This document shows, piece after piece, positions 22,624-34,973 of a DNA stretch of 64,000 nucleotides. The stretch is from Prorocentrum cordatum. Lineage: Eukaryota. The notes under the pieces are model-generated. The model had not been told where the DNA came from. It was given only the letters and a program-made list of their open reading frames with translations, and made no database searches. A program made the position numbers and the translations under genes. Numbering within the stretch: position 1 is the first letter of the stretch; each line of letters opens with the position of its first letter. The stretch lies in assembly GCA_963575745.1 (NCBI GenBank), contig CAUYUJ010000137.1, positions 434,001 to 498,000 of the forward strand, in the 5' to 3' direction.

Positions 22624-23042
22624 GCCAAGGAGGTCAAAGGCAAGGGGGAAGAGACGGACGGGAAGGAAGGTTCGCGCGAGCAGTGCTCTATTCAAAACGA
22701 GAACCCAACGCAGGAGGGTTGGGAAAAAGAAGTATGAAGGAAGGATGACAAATAATACCCTATACGACCACCCTGCGGGTGATAAGGAGGTTGGGGGGGG
22801 AGCTCCAGGCAACTTTCACTCGGCAGCCTGGTCCAGCAACGACCGAGGATCGACGACCCAGGATCGACGAACATGGCCCCCAAGACCCTCGGAGGATGAG
22901 GAAGCTAAGATGGGGAGGAGGAGGGAAAAGGAGAGGTCCAGAACCGAGGGGTGCGTGGTGGAGGAGACCTTGAGAGAAGACCCCATTCGCTGTCTCACTC
23001 GGTCTCACTACCGATCTCACAATCGATATCACTATCCACGTC

Positions 23043-23515
<473 letters not shown>

Positions 23516-23797
23516 GGGACACCGACGGGACACGGACGGGACACCGGCGGGACACCGGCGGGACACCGCGCCGCCCCGGCCGCCCGGAAGGGAATCATTT
23601 CGTCCGGCCGCGCCTCAGCCACACGGGACACCAGCGGGACACCGGCGGGACACCGCGGGGCCCCGGCCGCCCGGAAGGGAATCATTTCGTCCGGCCGCGC
23701 CTCAGCCACACGGGACACCAGCGGGACACCGGCGGGACACCGCGGGCCCCGGCCGCCCGGAAGGGAGTCATTTGGTCCGGCCGCGCCTCAGCCACAG
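23516..23797. repeat. Three tandem copies of a ~87-bp GC-rich unit containing GGGACACCGGC subrepeats
   Basis: AAGGGA(A/G)TCATTT at 23588, 23675 and 23761. Confidence 0.88.
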
Positions 23798-24066
23798 GAG
23801 ACTTTCTCTCGCCCGCCCACGCAGCTTCGCCTCGCCCGCACGGCACGCACGAACACGAAACCGAAATCGATTTCCCGGTAGGGGGGCTCTCCGTTCCACT
23901 TCGATCTCACCCCCCAACCTCCTATCATTATAGCAGCGATGCCGGAAAAGGCAACAAGGAGTTATCGCTAAATTGTCGGCTTGACCTTCCTGCTAGTCCG
24001 CCTGCGTACCAAACTTCAAGGACCAAGGTGCATGGCGCGAAGCACCACTGTTGTCTTGTATGTATG

Positions 24067-24099
<33 letters not shown>

Positions 24100-24234
24100 T
24101 CGGCGCACTCCTGAGAAGCTCCGAGGGTGTCGACTCGCATGGCCACGTTCGGCTTCGGCTGCCAACACAGAAGAAGTAAACAGCGATCGGAGAGCGAGTG
24201 CACAGTGGCGATGAGATGGGCTGGATTATACACC

Positions 24235-24621
24235 CTATGCTCCGTCGACCTTGGCCATGTGCTTGATCAGGTCAACGACGCGGCACGAGTAGCCCCACTC
24301 GTTGTCGCACCAGGCCACGAGCTTCACGAACGTGGGGTCCAGCATGATGCCCGCCTTGGAATCGAACGTGCTGGAGATGGGGCAAGTCTCAAAGTCGGTG
24401 GGCACGAGAGCCTCGTCGCAGTAGCCCAAAAACCCCTGTATGTCGCCCTCAAGACGCCTCTTGACCTCGGCGCGGATCTCCGCATAGGTCGTCGCCTTCT
24501 CCAGCTCACAAGTCAGGTCCACGACCGACACGTCGATGGCACCTCTGGGACGACCTTGATTGGCAACCGCCTTGGCCACCCCCGTCGAGGAGAAGGTGAT
24601 GTTACTCGACGCCGCGCGGCC
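24235..24621 (-). pseudogene. GAPDH: GAPDH C-terminal pseudogene fragment (GapC1-like), intronless
   Basis: [20 protein letters not shown]...[10 protein letters not shown]...[37 protein letters not shown] is out of frame and the KGKLTGMAFRVP segment is missing. Confidence 0.92.
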
Positions 24622-26725
24622 ACAAGATATAATAGTATGTATGTACGGTGATATAATATATAATGAAACGGCCTGCTACAATGAGATGGTATGAGATATT
24701 ATATAAAAATATTGAATGTATGATAGTAAATGACAATGAAGTACAACGCACTATAACAACATGAGGCCGTCTAAAACATGCAAACACAATATACCAGACT
24801 ATGGTATACAAAATACATCGTCAGACCATCGCATACAGCAAAGTATGACACAATCGAAGATGATATGTTATGGTATACTATGATATATGGTACACGGTGT
24901 AGCGATATAGTATTGCATACTACAACATACCACAACAGTATATGTTCTGGACGAATATCACTTAGGAAAGAGCAGATCCGTGCACACTATTATATAAGAG
25001 GATGCAGGCTGTTATAACAGTATGAAATAAGAATGGTCCACCACAATAGTATCAAATAAATTGTACTATCATATGCAATACAAAAAAGAAGTACACAAAA
25101 ACAACGCATTAAACCACAATATCGCATACACTAGGCAGGTAAGCCTACTATATGCATACACATATACATATACATATGCATATACATACATATATACATA
25201 TCTATGTGTAGGTGTGTTCGCTTTCGGACCATCCCGCCACGGTGCCTGGGCTGTGTGTCAGAGGCCTCTTGGGTGTTCGTTGGTTCCTCGTGGCAATCGT
25301 TTCAGGAGCCTCGTCGAGGGCGGCTGTGAAGCCTCTTGCGGGGCGTTCCAGGATTCCTTGGGCCCTCTTTTGGGCCTCTTGGGGGTCTCTTGTGGCCTCT
25401 TGGGGGGCCTCTTGGGAATCTCGAGGCGCCTCGTCGGAGCCTCTTCGGGCCTCCTGCGGGCCTGGGGGGGCGAAAGGCTGGAACTGTGGGTTCGTGTTCC
25501 CCCCCTTGGAGCCTTCTGGGGCCGCTCGGGGCCTTTCTTGGGCCGTCTTGGGGGGCCTCTTGAGCCGTCCATGGGCCATCTCGAATCATGCTGGGGCTCC
25601 CGAGAGGTCTCTGACGCCGTCGTGGGGTTTTCTTGGTCCTCGTTTGGGCTGTTTCGGGGCGGTCTTGGACGCCTCTTATCCGTCTAGGAGCGTCGAAATC
25701 AAGATGGGGTAAGAACGCCGAAATCTTTCAAAAATCGATGGAAAATCTGTAAAGTTGGCCTCTTGAGGCACTCGTCGGGGTCCTCTTGAATCCTTCTTCG
25801 GGGTTGCTCGGGGTCGAATTGATCCGCCGGATCGGATGTCTGATCGCTCTGGGGGCCGATTTGCGACCTCCAAATAGCGGGCCCCGCCCCGAAACGCCCC
25901 GAAAAAAATGTCTCCTCTCCCCCCCCTGGGACTAAAAACAGGACCGGGGGGGGGAGTGCACCGCCCCCGGGGCCGAGGGTCCCGTTCCCAGTTACATGAT
26001 ACATGATATTAGCATCAACGTCGCCACGGGACACCACTGGGACACCACAGCGCTCAGGATCACCGACATCGGCGATGCCCTGCGACCTTTGAAGCCCCGT
26101 CGGGGGGTTGCGGGAAGCATCGCTGCCAGCGCTGCTGGGCACCGCTGGAGCAGAGACACCGTGGGACGTGAGAGCAGCAGCCGTCGTCGCGCGATCGGTC
26201 TAGGCACCGCGTGCATCTTAACCGGCCCCGGCCATCCGCCCACCATCCCCTCCAGCTCCCTCCTATTATCCCCCATTCCGACTCTCCACCCTCCTTCTAC
26301 CCTCCCCCCCGCGCCCTTGCCCACCATCCACTCCCCACGGGCTCCCTCGATCTGGCACGAGTCGTCTTCGAAGGCGGTAGTTTTCGCCCGGTTGCTGCGC
26401 CGGCGATCGTCTTCACACGCGGTCGTCTTCGCCAGCCGCGTTCGCGTTCGCCGACGATCGTCTTCGCTGCGGTCGCTGCGCCGGCGGTCGTCTTCGCCGG
26501 CAATCGTCTTCGCCAGAGTCGTCATTCGCCAGCGGTCGTCCTCGACGCGGTCGATGCGCTGGCGGTCGTTTTCGACGGCGCTCGTCTTCACTGGCGGTCA
26601 TATTCGCTGGCGGCCGCACCGATCTGCAAGCAAGCGAGCGGGCGGACCCGACTGAACCAGCACGTCTGGCGAGCAGACCCGAACTGGCGGGCCAGGCAGG
26701 CGGCCCCTGACCGGCGGGTCTGGCA

Positions 26726-26871
26726 TTCGGTCGGGCATGTCCTCCTACAGGCGGGTGTTGGACAACATGCACGAAACAGAATTAAAACAAAAGTCGTAAA
26801 TGGTCCAAACGTTCCCGAACAAAGAAAAAGAACGGACAATGTTTTACCAGAGAGGGACGTGCCCGACTTGA
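26726..26871. mobile_element. MITE family A copy
   Basis: Same TIRs; exact 8-bp TSD GTCTGGCA. Confidence 0.82.
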
Positions 26872-29365
26872 GTCTGGCACAGGTCGGGCGTTGGCAGAAC
26901 TGGGTTCAGTGGGACCTGGTTCAATAATCTGTACTGGGGGACGCCCCCCCCCCCGCCCGTCAACCACTCACCCGAGCTGCCGCCACCCGAAAAGACACCA
27001 GCTGCGGCAGACCTGGTTTAGTGATTCTGGCCAGCTTCGGGGATGGACAGAACCCCCTTTAGTAAACTGCGGTTTAGTGAAAACGACCTGAGGCCCAAAC
27101 CTGGCGGGCGCAAGCCTGGAAAAGGACGGCCACGGCGCCCTCTCGAGAACCGAAAACGGACAATTCACTAATCGACGTGTCACTATTGGGGCTTCTGCCC
27201 ACCCCCGACAACTCAGGGGCTCCGGGGTCCTACGACCAGCCGGGTCCCCTCACCTGGGGCCCTGGCCTTCCCCGACCTCCGCACCGTGGGGGCGCCTCGG
27301 AGCCGGCGGGTCTGCAGCCTGCGCGCGAGAAGAGGGGCCCCTGGCGGGCGGGTCGGGCGGGCGGCCCCGACCCCCGAGCCGGGGGGGGGGGGGCGCGTCG
27401 GGCGACGTCAACTCTCAAGCCAGAGGACATTCGCACGGGTGCGGCGCCCCGCGCAAGTGGCCGCGAGCACGGCCCAACCCGTGGTGGGCCCGGCCCCCGC
27501 GGATCGGGGGCCGCTTGCACGGGCGCCCCGTGCAAGCGGCCGCTGGGGCGGGCCAACCCCCGGCGAGTTCCCGGGCCGAAGGTGATGGGCCGGCGGGGGG
27601 CGTGTCGGGCGACGACAACTGGGTGAAGAAGCGAGGACAAAAGAACCGAGGACATAAGAATTGTCCTACAGTCCCTCCGCCGGCCAGCAGGCACAGAGCA
27701 TCTAAGGGTACCCTCCTCAGGGTGCACAAGAGCATCCAACAAGCACGAAGAACACTAGGGTACCCTCCCCGAGCCGACCCCGATCTTCTACCCCGCTCCG
27801 ACTGACTCCACCCCCCGATGCGCGTGGCTGACCAGGGCTGGACCTAAACGTTGCGTGTTGTGTTCGTTTTGTTGTTCGTTTTGCTCTCTACCCGTTTTCC
27901 TGCACCTCCCTGCCAAGACGAAAAGCAAGACACGGCCGAAGCCCATCAGTGCAGCGTTCAGGTACAGCCCTGGCCCCGACCCCCGAACTGGAGGGGGGCC
28001 GTGTCGGGCGACGACGCCTGGGTGAAGACGACTGGTCGGGACGGCCGCGCAAAGACGGCTGGGCGAAGACGACGCCGGCGAAGACGACTGGGCGGAGACG
28101 GCCAAGGGAGAGGACGAACGGGCGAAGACGATCACGGGCGAAGGCTACTCCGTCGAAGACCACGGCGGAAGCGAAGACGACCGCGGCGAAGGCGACAACT
28201 GACGAAGGCAGCCATGCCCCCGCTCCCTGCCCCCACACGAGACGGATCCGCTACTGTTCGAGCGTTGGCGGGACTGGGTATAGTGGCACCTAGTTTATGG
28301 ATGCCCCGCCGCCCCCTTCCACTAACCGTACCTGCCGTCACCCGAAGAAACACCAGCTGCGGCGGACCTTGATTGGCGATTCTGGGCCCGTTCTGGGAGC
28401 CTCGGGGCCCAATCGTGGACCGGGCGATATCCGAACTTCGGCAGCAGGCTCGGAAGTCCCCTGGCCTTCTGAGAAGTGTTCCAAGACTTCCCAGAAGACG
28501 CAGAAAACTTCTTAAAGGCGCGAGGGTTTCTGAGAAGTCCCGCCGCCTTCTGAGAAGGACTTCTCCTTCTCGCTTCCCCCCTCGCTCGCCGCCGAGAACT
28601 GTGCTGCCCCCTGCCGCGGCAGAACTCGAGCCCAGCACTGCTTTAAGGCGGGGTCCAGGCTGCAGCGGCAGGGAGGGGCCTCAGCCCGCCCTCCTGGAGC
28701 AGCAGAACGGTCGGGGGCACGCATGGTTTGCACGTGTAGGCGCGCGTTTACACTCGCACACTCGCGCGCAAGCTGGCGGGCACCCACGCGCGCACAAAAA
28801 GTACGCGCTCGCGAAGTGCACCGACTGGCACCACCGAGGCATTGGGCAAGGGCGAAAGCATGTTCATCCCAAGCCAACAACAGACCCTGGCGGCAACGAA
28901 GACCAGCCCGAAACCAGAACCGGTGAGCGTGCCCGCCACTTCCTGGAAACAGATCCAATCAAAACTGATGCACCCACCGCAGAGCGCAGCCAGGGAGGTT
29001 GTTACCCACCTCAGGCCACAGTCGAGGCCCGCCGCAGATCACGAACTTCGATGAGGAGGGCAGGCGAGGAGCTGAGGGACCCAACAGTTTTGTTGACGAC
29101 GGCTGTGGAGATGCGCCTGCTCCTCAGCGGGGCCAGCAGCGGGGGGGCAGAACCCAGATGGCAGCAGAGCGGAACAGGGGTGGCTCACTTGCTCCGTCCC
29201 AGTCACAGCTCCCCCGCACCCTCATCCCTTCTCCCACTTCCCCTCCCGGTCCCCCCGCGCATTCACGGAATTCTGACCCCAGCTCGAAACAGAAACTGTC
29301 GCGCATGAACCAAACCGCTCAACTCAGATGAACTCGAGCTTGGACTGCACTGCAAAGGCGCCGTC

Positions 29366-29407
29366 CTCCAGCTCTCCGCGGACCAGCTCCAGCCGCTTCG
29401 CGCGCTC
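29366..29407 (-). CDS. UTP11: UTP11 exon j (ERAKRLELVRGELE)
   Basis: ctcctcag|GAG acceptor, 42 nt, GA donor. Confidence 0.82.
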
Positions 29408-30428
29408 CTGAGGAGGGGGGGGCCAGTCGACCATGGTGCAGTCTGCGCGACCTCGCTCCACACACGCTCCTCATTCTGCTGCTGCCGCTGCCGCTGGAGC
29501 CCTTTCTCTTACTATTCGCGAGAACGCCCGTGACCGGCCCCGCCCCACCGCCGTCCAACCCTCTGGTCACGTCACGATTCGCGCTGGCGCCGTCTTGGAC
29601 TGAGCCATTCGCAAGCATGACATGACGGCGCCGACGCGAATCGCGACGTGCCCGGTGCCCCTCCGGCCCCTCCTCCACCGTCACGCCCACTATCGCCAGA
29701 GAACCAAAGAAACGCTCTCCCGCTGCCCATAACAACGTCTCCTCATCCTCGAAACTCCTCCTCCTCCAACTCTAGCATGAGAGACGACGGCATCAGATAA
29801 ACGTTCAGAGGTCAGCGCGGAATTCTTGGATCGGCGGACCGCTCCCCCTGGCGCGCGGAGCGCGCCCGGGGGGGAGCGGGCAAGGCATTAGGTAGCGTTC
29901 TGCTTCCAGGACCCTCACCAGGGCGCGGGATGAAAAACCAGTCCCCTGGGAAGGGGTTCAGGCCACCCAGGGTCCACGTAGTGGACAAAAACACGACGTT
30001 GGAGTTCTGGGGGCGTGTGGCGGGCGGTTGCCGGACATGCGCACCAATACTGCAGTTGACCCAGACGGCGTGGGGAACTTCGCCAGATGCCGACGTGTGC
30101 CTGGTGGGTGGTCGAGGAGTGGGCGAGATGCGCCCAGCGGGCGCGCTCAACTCTCAGGGGCGGTCGTAAAATGTCTTGGGGCCCTCTTCGGCCCTCTGGG
30201 GCCGCTCCGAGGCTTGGCACGACAGATCGCAAGGAGGGCAGGAATAGGTCGAATGGGTGAGGTAGAACATAGGGCGAAGACGTGGATACAACAGAAGCCG
30301 AGGATTGGTTTGAGTTCCATGCTCAACACCTCTACAGCGGGGGGCGAGGAAGCGGACAGACAGTCGAACATAGAAATGCAGGGGCGAAGGATGAAATAAG
30401 AGGTAGAAGACCGAAAGGCGAAGGAGTC

Positions 30429-30497
30429 CTGTTGATGTAACAGCTTGCGGTAGTTCCCTCTGGAGCCCTGACTCAGCTCGGCCACGTCAGCGAAAGC
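30429..30497 (-). CDS. UTP11: UTP11 exon i (AFADVAELSQGSRGNYRKLLHQQ)
   Basis: cag|GCTTTC acceptor, 69 nt, GA donor (CAG|GACTCC); YxxL motif preceding ER. Confidence 0.8.
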
Positions 30498-30811
30498 CTG
30501 CACGCTAACCATCTCCCATATCAACAACCTCATCAACCTACGCTCCTGAACCACTTGATCATGGACTGCCTGATCATGGACCTATCCTCCGTCTGATGTC
30601 GCTTGATCATGGGCCGCCTGGCTTTAGACTTAGCATCCCGTTTTCCTCTTCCTCCTCCTCCTCCTCCTCAGCCTCCTCCTCCTCCTAGATTTCTACTCCT
30701 TGTAGATGACTCCTCCCTGCCGCACCCCGGGGCCAGTTTTTCGGGCGGGCCGGGCGTTTCGCCTGAGACTTCCTCACCTGGCACTGAAGCTTAAAAAGTG
30801 AGTCTGTCAGA

Positions 30812-31897
30812 TGGAGGGCGGGTGGTTTGCAAAATGTGGCTCTCGCCTTAGCGCCACGCACATTCGTCCTAAAAAATGTGCAAAAGAGCTTCACGGATTG
30901 AGGGCGGGTGGTTTTCAAAATGTGGCTCTCGCCTAAGCGCCGCGCACAGACGTTTAACATAATTTGCAAGAGCTTCACGGGTTGAGGGCGGGTCGACTTG
31001 AAAATGTGGCTCTCGCCTCAGCGCCGCGCACTTTCGTTTAACAAATTGCAAGAGCTGCACGGGTTGAGGGCGGGTCGTCTTGAAAATGTGGCTCTCGCCT
31101 TAGCGCCGCGCACATTCGGTTTGAACATTTTCAAGAGTTTCACGGATTGAGGGCGGGAAGTCTTGGAAATGTGCCTCTCGCCTTAGCGCCGCGCACATTC
31201 GTTCTAAACATTTGCAAGAGTTTCACGTACTGAAGGCGGGTGGTTTTCAAAATGTGGCTCTCGCCTTAGCGAGGCGCACATTCATTATAAAAATACGCAA
31301 CAGGTTTCACGAATTGAGGGCAATTCCTTTTCAAAATGTGGCTCTCGCCTTAGCGCCGCGAACATTCGTTTTACACATTTACAAGAGCTTCACGGCTTGA
31401 GGGCGATCCCTGTTTGAAAATGTGGCTCTCGCCTTAGCGCCGCGAGCATTCGATTTACAAAATTACAAGAGCTTCACGGGTTGAAGGCGGGTAGCTTTCA
31501 AAATGTGGCTCTCGCCTTAGCGCCGCGCAGATTCGCTTGAAACATGTTCAGGAGTTCCACGAATTGAGGGCGGGTAGTCTTGAAAATGTGGCTCACGCCG
31601 TAGCGCCGCGCATAGTCCTAAAAAATGTGCAAAAGAGCTTCACGGATTGAGGGCGGGTGGTTTTCAAAATGTGGCTCTCGCCTCAGCGCCGCGCACAGAC
31701 GTTTAACAAAATTTGAAAGAGCTTCACGGGTTGAGGGCGGGTCGACTTGAAAATGTGGTTCTCGCCTCAGCGCCGCGCACTTTCGTTTAACAAAAATTGC
31801 AAGAGCTTCACGGGTTGAGGGCGGGTCGTCTTGAAAATGTGGCTCTCGCATTAGCGCCGCGCACACTCGTTTTCAAACGTTGCCAGAGCTTCACGGG
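30812..31897. repeat. Tandem satellite, ~83-84-bp unit, 13 copies, with higher-order structure
   Basis: Core AAAATGTGGCTCTCGCCTTAGCGCCGCGCAC recurs every 82-86 bp. Confidence 0.95.
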
Positions 31898-33103
31898 GTC
31901 CCATGATCAACATACCAAACATGGTTTTGGAAGGATTTAGGATTATGCGGGCGCAACAGTTATGTTGATTCGCTTCTGGATCGTCAAGACGCAGCAGTCA
32001 GGGTGATATGTGGCGTTGAAATCCCGAGAACAATGTTCTGGCACGCTTCAGGATCTTCAAACTGTTGTCTTCCAACGAGGCAGTTCCCTCAATGGAAATG
32101 AACCGTTGTAGGGGCCTATGAAGAGGGAGCTTGGAGGGAGGGTTAATTCCAGCATCGTTGATGACTCTTCGGTTTCCACTGGTCTTCATTCCTCCTCCTC
32201 CTCCTCTTCGCCCTACTCCTCCTCATCCTACCCCTTGCCCTATTCCGCATTATTCCTCCCTGGTCATCGTCCTCCCCCTTCGCTCCTCCTCCCCCCACTC
32301 CCGGACTGAAGATACATTCACTGTCGCACTCCCCCGGCTGAAGCTTGCATTGCGAGCTGCTTCGCGGACACCTGACCGACCGACCCTCCCCCTGCTCCTC
32401 TTTCCGTCCTCCTTCTCCCCATCGCTGTCGTCTTCCTCACGCTCCTCCGCACTCCTTCAGTGCACCCATGCTGCTCACCCTCCCTCTTGCCCTCGAACTC
32501 TCATCCCTCTCCGTCCAACACGGTTCCTCCGCGTCCTCATCCTGCCAAGGAGATGCATCGCTCGACGGGACTTTCCAGTGGTGCTGATAAGAATGCTTAC
32601 CGGCTTACCGGATCTTTTGGCCAGAGGCGAAAGATCAGTAATCCGTCACTGCAACATTCCTTCCTCCTTAATACTCATCCTGCTCGCGTTCATGCTCATA
32701 CTCCCCCTCCTGTTTCTCAACCGACGCCCTCCTCCTACTCACTTTCGTTCACCCTGTCCCCTCCCCTCCTCATTGTCCTCCGCCTGTGACGTGGAAAGAA
32801 GAGGGCTGGAAAGGAGAGAGAGGGGGGGGGCTTGGAGAGCAACAAGGGCAGGAGAGCCCAGAATCGAATCGATAAGTTCGATGGGCAATCGAAGTGAATC
32901 GAATCGGCGGAGACAGCAGCCAAGTCGGGATACGTCGAATCGGTGGAAATCGGCGGGCTGGTTAAGCCTCCATCGAGAAACCGAACTCAAAAGTCGGAAC
33001 CCGAAGTCGAACCGAATCAGAATCGGATTCGATCGAGATCGAATCCAGTCGAGTCGGAGGACTCGAAATGAGCCCTGAAGGGGGGGATGGGCGTCGCGAG
33101 GGC

Positions 33104-33157
33104 CTGCGTCTCCAGCTGCTTCTTCCGCAGCCTGTTGGACGTGCGCCCGAGCAGCTC
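33104..33157 (-). CDS. UTP11: UTP11 exon h (ELLGRTSNRLRKKQLETQ)
   Basis: Tandem cagcagcag|GAG acceptor, 54 nt, GC donor; ELLxRxxNR motif. Confidence 0.9.
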
Positions 33158-33256
33158 CTGCTGCTGGCCACTGGCTGCCGACGCCGAGCACCGGGGCCCC
33201 CTCCCGGCCCCTGCTCCCTCCCCACGCCCCCGGGGCCTCCCCATCGCCCCCTCCTT

Positions 33257-33349
33257 CTCCTCCTCCTCCTCCTCCTCCTCCTCCTCCTCCTCCTCCTCCT
33301 CCTCCTCCTCCTCCTCCTCCTCCTCCTCCTCCTCCTCCTCCTCCTCCTC
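33257..33349. repeat. (CCT)n microsatellite; similar runs at ~37565-37640, ~40400-40440 (GGA), ~45641-45700 and ~53114-53157
   Basis: Direct reading. Confidence 0.95.
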
Positions 33350-34585
33350 TATAGTGGTCATGGTCCTACTGCTGCTGCTCCCGCCGCTGATCCTCCCTGC
33401 TGCCCCCCATGCCATCTTGTTGGCTCTTGCGCATCGACGCTGATCGACGCTGACTCGACACCAAGTCGACGCTCACCGACGCTCGTCGACGCTCCATCGG
33501 CACTGCACTCGAAAAGCGGAATGTTGAAAGTACACACACAAGGCTCCATTGATTTGCTCCCGAGCTCGTCCACCTTCTCCACCTCCTTGAAGGGGCCCTG
33601 GGACGCACAAATAAATAGACACAAATAACAGGATCCCCCATATTTTCCAACATTTTCTGGGTGTTCGGCTTCCCCCCCACTTCCCATACTTTCCCAGATC
33701 CTCTGGGGGATCGACGATGAATTGTGTCTGTGGTTTCCCCCCTCCTGCACCTCCTCTGGGCCACCAGATCTCGAGGACCACGCTTCGCGAGGCGCGGCGC
33801 CTGATCGCCCTCCTCCTCCGCCTCCAAGCCTGCGATGTTCAAAGGAATAATACTGAGCATTTTCTTGGGGCTTCTTAGAAGGAGGCTGCTTCTTAGAGGG
33901 CGCCGGCCTTACATCTACAGATAAGGCCCGCGCCTTCTGAGAAGCAGGGGGGCTTCTGAGAAGCCCTCCCCCCTCCCCCCCACCCCCCTCTGCGCGCGGC
34001 TGATCCTCTGGGTCATCCGATTTCGAGTACCACGCTCCGCGAGGCGCGGCGCGCGGTCGTCCTCCTCCTCCGCCTCCAAGCCTGCGGTGTTCAACGGAAG
34101 GATCCTCCGATCACAAATGACCACCCACCAGACCGCCCCAACCTAACCCCAAGACCCGAATTTCGGGTTGGGGAGGGCGGGGCACATGCGTTTTTCAACG
34201 TTCCCCGACCCCCCCCCCACTGGAAATGGAGGGCAAATCGGGGCCTTCGGGTTGGGTTGGGGTGCTTTGGTGGGCGGTGACAAAAAGAAGCCCGGGACAA
34301 CACCCCACAAACAACCTGGACAGTCCGTGCCGACGCATGACGCCAAAACGACCGGACAGGACAACCCCCTTGGACAACCCAGCGGGCATCTGGACAACCC
34401 CACCGGACCGCCCCCCTCGGACAGGCCGCCCCGGGATGTTTTCCAAAAGGAGAAGGGATGTGACCCAGCACATCACGGAGGGATCTCTGCCGTGACAAGC
34501 GCACAAGCGCACTCGAGGAGCAGCACCTGCTGCACGGCGACGCGCGGGGACGTGCCAGGAAGAGCAGGGGGGGCAGCGTGAGCGC

Positions 34586-34653
34586 CGGGTGCGTGTCGAA
34601 GTGCGCCGCCACGTCGTAGTTCTGCAGCGATTTGGCGAGGCTGCGCTTCTTGC
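34586..34653 (-). CDS. UTP11: UTP11 exon g (KKRSLAKSLQNYDVAAHFDTHP)
   Basis: cag|GCAAG acceptor, 68 nt, GC donor (CCG|GCGCTC); F/YDxAxxFDTHP motif. Confidence 0.9.
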
Positions 34654-34941
34654 CTGCGCACGGACCGGGGAGGGGACGGGAGTGCTCCGGGTCGTTAGAT
34701 GCGCGCAAGGAGGGTGGACCACGCAGGGGAATAAGGAACGGAGGCACAAGGACCGACTCGCCCCCGCTACGAAACTCAGCATGTGGCTGTTCGGCATCAT
34801 CCCGTCTGTTACACCTTCTGTCTCTCTCGTTTCCTCTCTCTCTCGCTCTCTCTGTATTCATTATATATATACACCTGTATACACATCTGTGTAGATACAT
34901 GTGTCTTCATGGCTGACTCTCTGTCTCTCTCTCTCTCTCTC

Positions 34942-34973
<32 letters not shown>

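Noticed and set aside
30147..30554. Tyrosine-recombinase-like ORF
   Set aside because: The protein-like part is UTP11 exon i; no catalytic R-H-R-Y residues are seen.
30812..31897. CRISPR-like array (conserved core with variable intervening sequence)
   Set aside because: The intervening segments are homologous to each other, there are no cas genes, and the context is a eukaryotic intron. The same applies to the 102-bp and 73-bp arrays.
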